A stretch of 64,000 nucleotides of DNA, taken from the sequence record PX915678.1; one strand, 5' to 3'. This stretch comes from a phage. The notes under the pieces were generated by a model. The model saw nothing but the letters and a program-made list of their open reading frames with translations, was not told where the DNA came from and ran no database searches. Position 1 is the first letter of the stretch; every line of letters starts with the position of its first letter. Shown here piece by piece: positions 36,847 to 47,477 of this stretch. The translations under genes were made by a program, and so were the position numbers.

Positions 36847-37301
36847 AGAGAGTCTCTTAATAGGTTTAACACATCAATAAATTCAGCTTCGGTTAGTATT
36901 GTATCATCTTTTGTTAGACCACTAGCCATGCTGTGCTTCAAAACTTTTCCTTTCGAGGCTTGTAATGCATCGCGAAAGCCCTTGTTTTGGAACGCTGCTT
37001 CAAAATATGCATTTGTGTATAATTCTTTCCACGCCGGGGAATATCTTGAAAACGGAGTTCCAAGCCAGAAGAGGGTCCCACGGTCCTGAGCTCTAGCATA
37101 AGACCTTCCAGCTTGTTGGGCGGCAAGCCCGGATAACCCAAATATACGACGTTGTTGTTCAACATTTTTCACCTTACACCCTTGGAGGAATCCTTCTAGA
37201 CCTCCAAATTGAATACCATCCATAACGAAAGGCCATTGGGCAAAATTACTTAATGCGCATGATGGCCATTTAAAATTGCTTCTTATCTCTAGCTCAGACA
37301 T
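36843..37301 (-). CDS. NADAR/YbiA-like (DUF1768-type) protein
   Basis: Track ORF starts at TTG (37307); ATG at 37301. The block LSNFAQWPFVMDGIQFGGLEGFLQGCK resembles the YbiA/NADAR signature (SNFA.WP...DG......E..FQ..K), from memory. Confidence 0.6.
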   Translation of the reverse strand: MSELEIRSNFKWPSCALSNFAQWPFVMDGIQFGGLEGFLQGCKVKNVEQQRRIFGLSGLAAQQAGRSYARAQDRGTLFWLGTPFSRYSPAWKELYTNAYFEAAFQNKGFRDALQASKGKVLKHSMASGLTKDDTILTEAEFIDVLNLLRDSL

Positions 37302-37500
37302 TTTCAATACTTATAATTTCAACATCAGCCCAATGACCATAGCAAGGAAGACGAAATTCAACTGGCCAGTTAGGGTCCTTTTCTAATATAATAGACTGAA
37401 CTTGTGGCTCTTCATATTCATCGGTATACGGACCTTTATACGTTACTTTATATGTGACTTTAATGTATTGAATTCCAAAAATCTTATTAATTATATTCAT
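37294..37500 (-). CDS. hypothetical protein
   Basis: 68-aa ORF, ATG start, in a head-to-tail overlapping array. Confidence 0.5.
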   Translation of the reverse strand: MNIINKIFGIQYIKVTYKVTYKGPYTDEYEEPQVQSIILEKDPNWPVEFRLPCYGHWADVEIISIENV

Positions 37501-37694
37501 ACTAATTCCTTTAATCCGTAAATAGGAGATAATTCATCACCCATACGAAGGTCTTCATTTCCATCTACCCAGGAAACAATATAAGCTTCTTTTATTTGAA
37601 TACCACTCCATTTAAATGGAGGTAGAACCTTAGAAATTAATCCAGGTATACCAACTCCCTTTAATTCAACAGTTTGACCTAAAAAGAATTTCAT
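37497..37694 (-). CDS. hypothetical protein
   Basis: 65-aa ORF, 4-nt overlaps both sides. Confidence 0.5.
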   Translation of the reverse strand: MKFFLGQTVELKGVGIPGLISKVLPPFKWSGIQIKEAYIVSWVDGNEDLRMGDELSPIYGLKELV

Positions 37695-37981
37695 TAGAAC
37701 CTCATCTGAAAACCGTGCGATTTAACATTACCGCCGCCAATATCAGAAATATTAATTTCACGCGCAATTGAAGGGTCAATGTCAATTTCACGATTGAGTT
37801 TAGTGATAGCTAAAGTATCGCGGCCATTTACAGTACGGAACTCTAAAGGACATACTACATTAACATAGTTTTTAATCGATTCACTGGTAGGTTGCAAATG
37901 AGCAGGAAGGTCTTTAGGCGCCTTTGAGAAAACTACTTCACAGAAATTTTTGCGGGTGTCAAAATAAGTAGTCATAAACAT
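37694..37981 (-). CDS. hypothetical protein
   Basis: 95-aa ORF; GC hairpin just beyond its start. Confidence 0.55.
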   Translation of the reverse strand: MFMTTYFDTRKNFCEVVFSKAPKDLPAHLQPTSESIKNYVNVVCPLEFRTVNGRDTLAITKLNREIDIDPSIAREINISDIGGGNVKSHGFQMRF

Positions 37982-38022
37982 AGTATTTTCCTCAATGAGG
38001 GGCCGAAGCCCCTCATTTTATT

Positions 38023-38388
38023 TTAAATATCAAATTCGTTAAGAACTACATCAAAGATTGCTTCAAGATGCTCAGGTTTAGCTCTGTTACTCAAAATATG
38101 ACGAATCCAAGTTTTAACCAGAAGCTTACGATTAACGCCATTCCAGCAAGGATGAGTCCCTAAATCGCGTTGACGAAAATCATCATCCAAAGCGATTTTG
38201 AAGTTGGAACCTTCCATTGTGATTGAAACTGTGATGCCATTTTCAAATCGCATATAAACGTAGTTAGGAGTCATATACTGTTCAATTTCGCATACTGATC
38301 CATTTTGATGTTTCCAAAGGCAAATAGTATCAATAGAACCTGCAATACCATTAGAAACATATTTACGTTCAAAGTTGATGTAGTTCAT
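38023..38388 (-). CDS. hypothetical protein
   Basis: Track ORF starts at TTG (38400); ATG at 38388 preceded by GGAG gives 121 aa. Confidence 0.55.
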   Translation of the reverse strand: MNYINFERKYVSNGIAGSIDTICLWKHQNGSVCEIEQYMTPNYVYMRFENGITVSITMEGSNFKIALDDDFRQRDLGTHPCWNGVNRKLLVKTWIRHILSNRAKPEHLEAIFDVVLNEFDI

Positions 38389-38455
38389 TTTATTCTCCAA
38401 GATGTTTAATTGCGGTACAGGTATATAATATCATATCCTGTACCAAAGTAAACAA

Positions 38456-38788
38456 TTATTTTACTACTTTCCAGTGCTGCATGTCAAGTTTACCAACTTT
38501 TTTCATCTTCTCAATTAAGCGTTCAGCACGTTGGCGAGCTGTAACATAATACCATTCACCCAATTCATTTTGTTCAATTTTTCCAACGATTACTGTATTC
38601 AATTCATAAATCCAACCAGTAAAGAAATTATGAACTTGAATTGTAAAGGTGAAATCTGTTCCCATACCTTCTGTTGTTTCTACTTCAATAATATCACCTT
38701 CAACTGCCATTAAGAACCACATAGTTTCATCATATTTACCATTGAAGCATTTAGTTTTAACTGTAGCGTTCAGATTAATCGTTTTCAT
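38456..38788 (-). CDS. hypothetical protein
   Basis: 110-aa ORF; early-promoter-like GTTTACA-N17-TGnTAGTAT upstream. Confidence 0.55.
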   Translation of the reverse strand: MKTINLNATVKTKCFNGKYDETMWFLMAVEGDIIEVETTEGMGTDFTFTIQVHNFFTGWIYELNTVIVGKIEQNELGEWYYVTARQRAERLIEKMKKVGKLDMQHWKVVK

Positions 38789-38815
38789 TTTATTCTCCTT
38801 TGTTTGTGTAAGATA

Positions 38816-38844
38816 ATACTATCACAAAGGAACCATACTGTAAA
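38816..38844 (-). promoter_or_regulatory. early promoter upstream of the 110-aa ORF
   Basis: Minus strand GTTTACA - 17 nt - TGaTAGTAT. Confidence 0.45.
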
Positions 38845-38865
38845 CAACTTTGTGCAATCTTTGGA

Positions 38866-38893
38866 AAATAAAAAAGGACTCCCGAAGGAGTCC
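38866..38893 (-). terminator. terminator after the small basic protein gene
   Basis: GGACTCC-CGAA-GGAGTCC hairpin followed on the minus strand by a T-run. Confidence 0.65.
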
Positions 38894-38898
38894 TCAAC

Positions 38899-39075
38899 TT
38901 ATGCTTTCTGCTTACCAAAACGAGAAGCATCATCTCGAAGAACCGCACGTGCTCGGCGCATGATCTTCTCAACAGTTTGATTGATACGAGAGTTCGACCC
39001 ACGCTTGTAACCAGCGCGTTTAGAATCACCAACTTTCTTTTCAACTGCTTTCTTTGCTTTAGCTTGTTTTGCCAT
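38899..39075 (-). CDS. small highly basic protein
   Basis: 58 aa from the ATG at 39075 (MAKQAKAKKAVEKKVGDSKRAGYKRG...); the track's longer ORF extends to a non-ATG start; hairpin plus T-run terminator downstream. Confidence 0.55.
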   Translation of the reverse strand: MAKQAKAKKAVEKKVGDSKRAGYKRGSNSRINQTVEKIMRRARAVLRDDASRFGKQKA

Positions 39076-39117
39076 TATAAATTCTCTTTTAAATGAAAAT
39101 GCAGGACTTATTGGCAT

Positions 39118-39470
39118 TGCCTGCGCAAGCCCTCAAGGGGAACATAGGTTTTGTATATTTACCGACAGGATAACCATAAACCCGTCATCATACTTATAAC
39201 TCTTATCTGTTGCACACCGTTAGCTTAAAGGTTCCGGGTTCGATTTCTCGAGGATAAGATATATACTGATGGATATATAGGCCTTGAGGCGTACTCCCGA
39301 TTAGCCATCACCTCGGGGTAGCATGCACTTGCCGCTATAAGAATAACATTCAAGAGGTACACCGTAAAACTGCCGGGGTCTTAAAACTATAATGATTCGC
39401 AAATCATTAATCAGACAGTTCGACGGCTCCTCGATTTTAGCTCACACTAAGGCAGTGAATCTCCAATAAA
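39118..39470. other. ORF-free region of about 350 bp between rIII and the small basic protein gene
   Basis: Stops in all six frames, no ORF of 60 aa or more, in an otherwise almost gap-free genome; contains complementary GC-rich segments. Confidence 0.6.
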
Positions 39471-39719
39471 TTACTTCAGTGTTACCACAAAGTGACGAAC
39501 TGCTTTTCGTGCAGCAGAAGCCAAAGGCTTAGCATATTTAAGTTCATCTTTTTCCTGAAGCTCAGCAGCTAATGCAGTTTGAGCAGGATTCAGATGTTTG
39601 AAATAACGCAGGATTTCAAGAGCTTCGGCTTCAACATCAATAGATGCGCCATAGTTTTCGTGACCATTATTCCATGCGTTTCGTTGCAGTTCAAGAGCGT
39701 GTTGTAATTGTTTAATCAT
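39471..39719 (-). CDS. rIII: rIII lysis-inhibition accessory protein
   Basis: 82-aa ORF (T4 RIII is 82 aa) directly downstream of gene 31. Confidence 0.88.
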   Translation of the reverse strand: MIKQLQHALELQRNAWNNGHENYGASIDVEAEALEILRYFKHLNPAQTALAAELQEKDELKYAKPLASAARKAVRHFVVTLK

Positions 39720-39866
39720 TTAAAAATTCTCGTTAGAGATTAAAACTCGGTAGTCACGTTCTTCTGAATTTCATCTTCTTTCGACAGATCTCTCAGTTGT
39801 AGACTACCACATAGAATTGTTCGGTTAACTTATTATTCCGACACCCAATTCATATTATTATTTATA

Positions 39867-40202
39867 TCACTTATAAAGACACGGAATAGCTTTATAGTGA
39901 CAGGTAACGAATTTTTGTTTAATTTCTTTTGGCTGCTTAAGACCCAGAGCTACAAAAGGATGTGGAACGTTTCGAATTTGACCAACTGGAAGAGAAGTCA
40001 AATCACCAACTTCACAGAAACCTTCAGGAACATCAGGACCAACAGAGTGAACTACACACAGTTCAGGAACTTCACCTTGAACACGTTTACCGATAATAAG
40101 TCCTGATTCTGTAACTTCTTCATCACCGGCTTGTGCAGGTTCAGAAACTAAAATAACATATTCACCGACAGCACGAATTGGTAGCTGTTGTACTTCAGAC
40201 AT
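39867..40202 (-). CDS. 31: co-chaperonin gp31 (GroES-like)
   Basis: [39 protein letters not shown]... recalled as T4 gp31; 111 aa from the second ATG. Confidence 0.95.
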
Positions 40203-40258
40203 CATTTTTCCTTTTTGTTAACAGATGAATTAATAATAACAAATAATTCTTAAAGCAT

Positions 40259-40567
40259 TTATTTACCAATAAATTGAAGCAAATGCTCAACTTTCATACC
40301 ATTAACGGAAATCAATTTGTTAATAGAAAAACCTCGCCACTCGCCAAGCTCAACATCAAATACTGGAATCATATCAGTAGATTCTTTCCGGGCAGATTCA
40401 GTCAATTTACCAGTTTGCATGGTTGGCATAAAATCGGCATCACGAGTACCTTTCATAGTACGAATAGTACCATCAGACTTTTCAAAAACTACGTTTGAAA
40501 TACCCATAGACAATTTAGTTTTCAAAATTTCACGAATTGCTACTTTTTGTTCAGTCGTCAGTTTCAT
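40259..40567 (-). CDS. hypothetical protein (T4 31.1 position)
   Basis: 102-aa ORF between 31 and cd. Confidence 0.65.
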   Translation of the reverse strand: MKLTTEQKVAIREILKTKLSMGISNVVFEKSDGTIRTMKGTRDADFMPTMQTGKLTESARKESTDMIPVFDVELGEWRGFSINKLISVNGMKVEHLLQFIGK

Positions 40568-40804
40568 TTATTTACCTATTACAGTTTTAATATGGGTTGT
40601 TCCACGTTCTTTAAGAGTGGAAAGCAATTTTTGGCATTTTTCTAAATCAGATTTCCAACTATACGGCCTATCAATACTAGTCCAATCAGTTTTATAATAC
40701 TGTTTCCATTTAGAGAAAAAATATTTCTTATACTCTACAGCAAATGAAATGTTCTCGTTAGAATAAGAACTAATTGCTGTGAGCTGTACCAAACGAAATT
40801 TCAT
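40568..40804 (-). CDS. hypothetical protein (T4 31.2 position)
   Basis: 78-aa ORF; ATG overlaps the cd stop. Confidence 0.6.
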   Translation of the reverse strand: MKFRLVQLTAISSYSNENISFAVEYKKYFFSKWKQYYKTDWTSIDRPYSWKSDLEKCQKLLSTLKERGTTHIKTVIGK

Positions 40805-41385
40805 TATTCACCACAGAATTCGTTGATATTTTCCCAGTTTAACTTATTCAAGTTTTTCTTAGGAACATTAAACACTTCAATACCCGCATTTCGCAGAATA
40901 TCATCCCAGCCAGGTTTATTTTTATCGTATGTTTCACAATAAACCAGCTTTTTAATTCCAGATTGAGCTATGGCTTTTGCACAATCCGGACAAGGAGAAA
41001 GCGTTACATACATAGTAGCACCTTCAATTGAAGAACCGTTTCGTGCAGCAAACAAAATTGCATTTAGTTCAGCATGAATTTCATTTTTAGATGACCATTC
41101 AGAGTGAGCGCTACGGTGTTCTTTCGCCAAGACAAAACGATCAGTTGAACCAAATGATACACATTCAGACTTATGACCTTGAATGATAGTGTGTTTAGGC
41201 TTATTCAACAACCAGCCTTGTTCAGCAGCATAATCGCAGCAGTTCACACCACCTGCAGGTGAACCATTATATCCGGTAGAAATAATACGTCCATTCTTTT
41301 CAATTACTGCTCCTACCTTCCAGGAGCAACATTTTGATTCTTGTGATACTAAATATGCAATTTGAAGTACTGTACTCGCTTTCAT
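40804..41385 (-). CDS. cd: dCMP deaminase
   Basis: 193-aa ORF with zinc-dependent cytidine/dCMP deaminase motifs (HAELNAI...SPCPDCAKAI). Confidence 0.95.
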   Translation of the reverse strand: MKASTVLQIAYLVSQESKCCSWKVGAVIEKNGRIISTGYNGSPAGGVNCCDYAAEQGWLLNKPKHTIIQGHKSECVSFGSTDRFVLAKEHRSAHSEWSSKNEIHAELNAILFAARNGSSIEGATMYVTLSPCPDCAKAIAQSGIKKLVYCETYDKNKPGWDDILRNAGIEVFNVPKKNLNKLNWENINEFCGE

Positions 41386-41720
41386 TTCATAATCACCAGA
41401 TAAGCAGATTTAGCAGTTTCAACACGATAAATTTCGTGACGAAGTTTAGTTATACTTTTAATAACAGAACTAATTATATTCTGCCCATCTTTAAAGCGGT
41501 TTTTCTTATCAATAAAAATTGCGCCAACCATCTTTTTGTGAAGCTCAACTGGATACTTCGTCACAATAATAGCATCATACACAGAAGGATGAATACTATT
41601 CACTAGAGTATCATTCATTAAAGTTATTCTAATGAACTGTGCTGTTTCAGAATCAAGCGCTCTATGATCGCCAGTATCATTTTCAAGACAATTATCAATT
41701 ATATCAGTTAAATTCATCAT
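41382..41720 (-). CDS. hypothetical protein (cd.1 position)
   Basis: 112-aa ORF, overlapping array. Confidence 0.6.
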   Translation of the reverse strand: MMNLTDIIDNCLENDTGDHRALDSETAQFIRITLMNDTLVNSIHPSVYDAIIVTKYPVELHKKMVGAIFIDKKNRFKDGQNIISSVIKSITKLRHEIYRVETAKSAYLVIMK

Positions 41721-41953
41721 AGTACGCCATACACCCTTTGTGCTTCAACTAATCCATCAAAATCCAATTTGAGATGTGTTATTTGGTCACCATCACCTGG
41801 ATTCACAATTACTAATACTGAACGAGGAGTTTCGGTAATAACGCGAACCGATGTTTCTGGAAATCGTTCAGAAACTTTATTTACCAATTCCTGAGCAAAT
41901 AGTTTAACTTTTTCTTGGAATTCTTTAACAGTAATTGGTTTTTCACTTAGCAT
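41717..41953 (-). CDS. hypothetical protein (cd.2 position)
   Basis: 78-aa ORF, overlapping array. Confidence 0.55.
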   Translation of the reverse strand: MLSEKPITVKEFQEKVKLFAQELVNKVSERFPETSVRVITETPRSVLVIVNPGDGDQITHLKLDFDGLVEAQRVYGVL

Positions 41954-42474
41954 GTTGATCCTAGCTCCTTACTTTCAACGTTTTTAACTAATTTGACAGA
42001 AACTAATTCGGCATCTTGGGTAATCATTACCGGGCCTTCTTTATACTCTTCAAGATATTCTAGAGCTTTCTTTTTAGCTTCTTCCTTCGTATCAGTTTGA
42101 GCATAGATATAAAACATACAACCAGTAATACCTACTACTTTCCACTTAATTTCTTTATCAGTTTTAATTTCAAATTTACTGACAGAATCATCTTTTTGAA
42201 CTTCTTCGAAAAAAGAATATTCTAACATATAAGCAATTGAAAATAACGGGCTAACTTTATAGGATTCGCCCATTACATCAACAGCTTTATACCAGCGGTC
42301 ATCAATTTCGCGTTTAATGCTAATAACATTTTTCGCAGGATCTATTTTTACTTTAAATGAATTTTCCCCAATAAACTGAGCAATTCGTTTATTGGCCCCA
42401 CAAGTTTCATTAAAAATATCTTTATATCCAGCTTTAAAGCGATAAACCTTATCTTCTTCAAACCATTCGCTCAT
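41947..42474 (-). CDS. hypothetical protein (cd.3 position)
   Basis: 175-aa ORF with an early-type promoter (TTTACT-N17-TGaTATTAT) upstream. Confidence 0.65.
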   Translation of the reverse strand: MSEWFEEDKVYRFKAGYKDIFNETCGANKRIAQFIGENSFKVKIDPAKNVISIKREIDDRWYKAVDVMGESYKVSPLFSIAYMLEYSFFEEVQKDDSVSKFEIKTDKEIKWKVVGITGCMFYIYAQTDTKEEAKKKALEYLEEYKEGPVMITQDAELVSVKLVKNVESKELGSTC

Positions 42475-42504
42475 TTCAATTTCCTCATTTGTTTTGGTAG
42501 AGCT

Positions 42505-42533
42505 ATAATATCACAACTCTACCATAAAGTAAA
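42505..42533 (-). promoter_or_regulatory. early promoter upstream of the cd.3-position ORF
   Basis: Minus strand TTTACT - 17 nt - TGaTATTAT. Confidence 0.5.
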
Positions 42534-42536
42534 CTA

Positions 42537-42818
42537 TTAAATTGCTTTGAATTCTGATGTCTGCGATTCAAAGCGAATATCGCCTTTGATGACTAGCTCA
42601 GCATCAAGACCAAATACGACAATGATATGCGCGGAACCCGGATACAGCGTAATTGCAATAGAATCCACCTGGTCTGGAAGCAAAGTGTTCAATACATGAG
42701 TCACTTGAGCATGAATTCGAAGCTCGGCTGCGTTATCAAGCTTTTCAAACATATTATTAGCGATAATTTGACTAAACACTACTTCTACGATTTTAGAATA
42801 AGTCGGAAACATATTCAC
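42537..42818 (-). CDS. hypothetical protein (cd.4 position)
   Basis: 93-aa ORF. Confidence 0.55.
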   Translation of the reverse strand: MNMFPTYSKIVEVVFSQIIANNMFEKLDNAAELRIHAQVTHVLNTLLPDQVDSIAITLYPGSAHIIVVFGLDAELVIKGDIRFESQTSEFKAI

Positions 42819-43015
42819 CCCACATAATTTTCTTCAAGCCAATTAATAACATCCAACGCATTATCAAAAGTTGAACCATCTACTATGTCTTCTGTTTCAT
42901 AATCAAGAATATCTAAGTCTATTCTTCCATCAACAATAGGCCATAAACAAAATAGATATTTCTTTTCTTTTTCAATTTTATCGCAAAGTTGATAAATCTT
43001 TTCTATGTTATTCAT
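42815..43015 (-). CDS. hypothetical protein (cd.5 position)
   Basis: 66-aa acidic ORF. Confidence 0.5.
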   Translation of the reverse strand: MNNIEKIYQLCDKIEKEKKYLFCLWPIVDGRIDLDILDYETEDIVDGSTFDNALDVINWLEENYVG

Positions 43016-43204
43016 AAGTTTTCCATGGTAAAGGCAGTTTAGTTTTCTTTACTGTTAGTTCAACATCAGGATTCTTTTCTCTTAATTTAAGACATTCCTC
43101 CCAAGCTCTGTTTTCACTAGTGAAAACACAAAATTGCCCATTACTAGTACCAACTAAACCGCTATTTACAATAACAATAGCCCAAGTTTCATGATGCAAA
43201 GCCA

Positions 43205-43205
<1 letters not shown>
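43008..43205 (-). CDS. hypothetical protein
   Basis: 65-aa ORF abutting pseT. Confidence 0.5.
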
Positions 43206-44430
<1,225 letters not shown>

Positions 44431-44433
44431 TTA

Positions 44434-44664
44434 TTATTTCTCAACCAATGATTGAATATAATCATGCAGGTCTTTAGATGCTTTACCCCACTTATTTTGG
44501 TATTCATTTTTAAGATTAGCACGAGATTGAGCTAATAAAACATCATTAGTTGGAGGTAAAGATTCTAACCGCTGAATCTGGCGTCCGTAAATCATTGCAG
44601 CCATCTCGGATTCATAAATCAATCCTTTGAGATGTTCAAATTGATGCCATGAAATCATTTGCAT
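44434..44664 (-). CDS. hypothetical protein
   Basis: 76-aa ORF between the pseT.1-like ORF and the spanin pair. Confidence 0.5.
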   Translation of the reverse strand: MQMISWHQFEHLKGLIYESEMAAMIYGRQIQRLESLPPTNDVLLAQSRANLKNEYQNKWGKASKDLHDYIQSLVEK

Positions 44665-44954
44665 TTATCCTCTTTTAACTCTTGGCGATAATAACATATC
44701 ATAGTTTTCTGATCATGTACATATCGTTTTACATCATTAAGCCAAATACGAAATTCCTGGGAATCTTCGAATGGCATACCGACCCAAGCTTTACCATCAA
44801 TAACCTTAACTTGCCAGGATAGTTTAGCTTCATCGTATGACTTTATTTGTACAGGCCAATTAGGATGAACTGTTTCTTTCTTTACTTCTAGAGGCTTTGT
44901 CGAACAACCAACTAGAAGACCAATAGATAATATTACTGCTGATAGTTTAATCAT
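44655..44954 (-). CDS. outer-membrane spanin lipoprotein (o-spanin)
   Basis: 99 aa; signal peptide plus lipobox (MIKLSAVILSIGLLVGC); adjacent to the i-spanin, as in the T4 pseT.2/pseT.3 pair. Confidence 0.75.
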   Translation of the reverse strand: MIKLSAVILSIGLLVGCSTKPLEVKKETVHPNWPVQIKSYDEAKLSWQVKVIDGKAWVGMPFEDSQEFRIWLNDVKRYVHDQKTMICYYRQELKEDKCK

Positions 44955-45304
44955 TTAGAAAGGTCCTGGATGTCTTCTGCGAACTTGTTGAAGGAGTTGT
45001 TGATTTGTTTTTCAACCAATCCTGGCTTATGAGCCACCACATCCGCCTTCTTTGCGTCTTTGCGCAGTTTTTCATTTTCACGCTCAATAGCAGCAATTGC
45101 CTCACGATTTTTATTATTCATCGCATCAATATAATTATACTGAATTCGCAAATTATTTAATGCTAAAGCGTTTTCATTGGCCGTTTTTGTAATTTCTACA
45201 ACAGACGTTTCTAATCTTTCAATTTTATTTTTTAAAATTAAAGAAGTTCCGCCCAATGCAATTACAATTAATAGCAAGCCTGTTGTCGTATTACTTAATT
45301 GCAT
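44951..45304 (-). CDS. inner-membrane spanin (i-spanin)
   Basis: 117 aa; N-terminal transmembrane helix (GLLLIVIALGGTSLIL) followed by a charged coiled-coil region. Confidence 0.75.
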   Translation of the reverse strand: MQLSNTTTGLLLIVIALGGTSLILKNKIERLETSVVEITKTANENALALNNLRIQYNYIDAMNNKNREAIAAIERENEKLRKDAKKADVVAHKPGLVEKQINNSFNKFAEDIQDLSK

Positions 45305-45801
45305 AAAGTTTTAATAACCTCTATAATATCGTCTTGAGAAAGACCGTTAATTAAAATATGATGTTCAGCAGGAGATTTAGAAATTTTAAAGCATGCCTCA
45401 ACATCTTCTGCCATATCCGATGCGCTACGATTTGGATTACTAATTCCAAGACGATGTTTTCCCGTTAAAGGATTAACGATGATATAGCATTTACAGTTGT
45501 TGATATGAACATTAGGTTGAGTCTGATTAATGAACACATCACAATCATATTTCGCAAGCTGATTTTCTAAAAAGACTTTCATCTCCTCAACCGCATCAGG
45601 AAGCATATCACGGGCTTGCTCAAGACGACGATTTCGATATTCTTTAATGGTCGTTTTCCGCTTGACTTGCTTAGCTAAATCTTTCTTAAGATCGGTGATA
45701 TATCCAACTCGACGATTTCCTTTAAATACAGAAATCCCATCTGTAGTATCACCGTATGCTTCAACGACCATCTCAGTAGTAATAAGCTGTAAATCCATCA
45801 T
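45295..45801 (-). CDS. alc: Alc transcription terminator / host transcription shutoff protein
   Basis: 168-aa ORF in the T4 alc position between the spanins and rnlA (T4 Alc is 167 aa); early promoter upstream. Confidence 0.85.
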   Translation of the reverse strand: MMDLQLITTEMVVEAYGDTTDGISVFKGNRRVGYITDLKKDLAKQVKRKTTIKEYRNRRLEQARDMLPDAVEEMKVFLENQLAKYDCDVFINQTQPNVHINNCKCYIIVNPLTGKHRLGISNPNRSASDMAEDVEACFKISKSPAEHHILINGLSQDDIIEVIKTLCN

Positions 45802-45829
45802 AAAGTCCTCATGTTATGTCAGTAAGACT

Positions 45830-45859
45830 ACTGTAACACAACACGAGGGACTTGTAAAC
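45830..45859 (-). promoter_or_regulatory. early sigma70-type promoter, repeat copy 2 (upstream of alc)
   Basis: Minus strand GTTTACA - 17 nt - TACAGT; a roughly 55-bp block nearly identical to 29883-29937. Confidence 0.65.
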
Positions 45860-45862
45860 AGC

Positions 45863-47450
<1,588 letters not shown>

Positions 47451-47472
47451 AATAAAATGGGCCTTGCGGCCC
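47451..47472 (-). terminator. hairpin between nrdB and denA
   Basis: GGGCC-TTGC-GGCCC hairpin followed on the minus strand by ATTTTATT. Confidence 0.5.
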
Positions 47473-47477
47473 ACTCC

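Noticed and set aside
39186-39260. Possible tRNA (GGTTCGATT T-loop-like motif; CTTATC...GATAAG acceptor-like pairing)
   Set aside because: The acceptor-like pairing spans only about 57 nt and the T-stem has mismatches; no cloverleaf can be built. At most a tRNA-like remnant, kept as part of the ORF-free-region finding.
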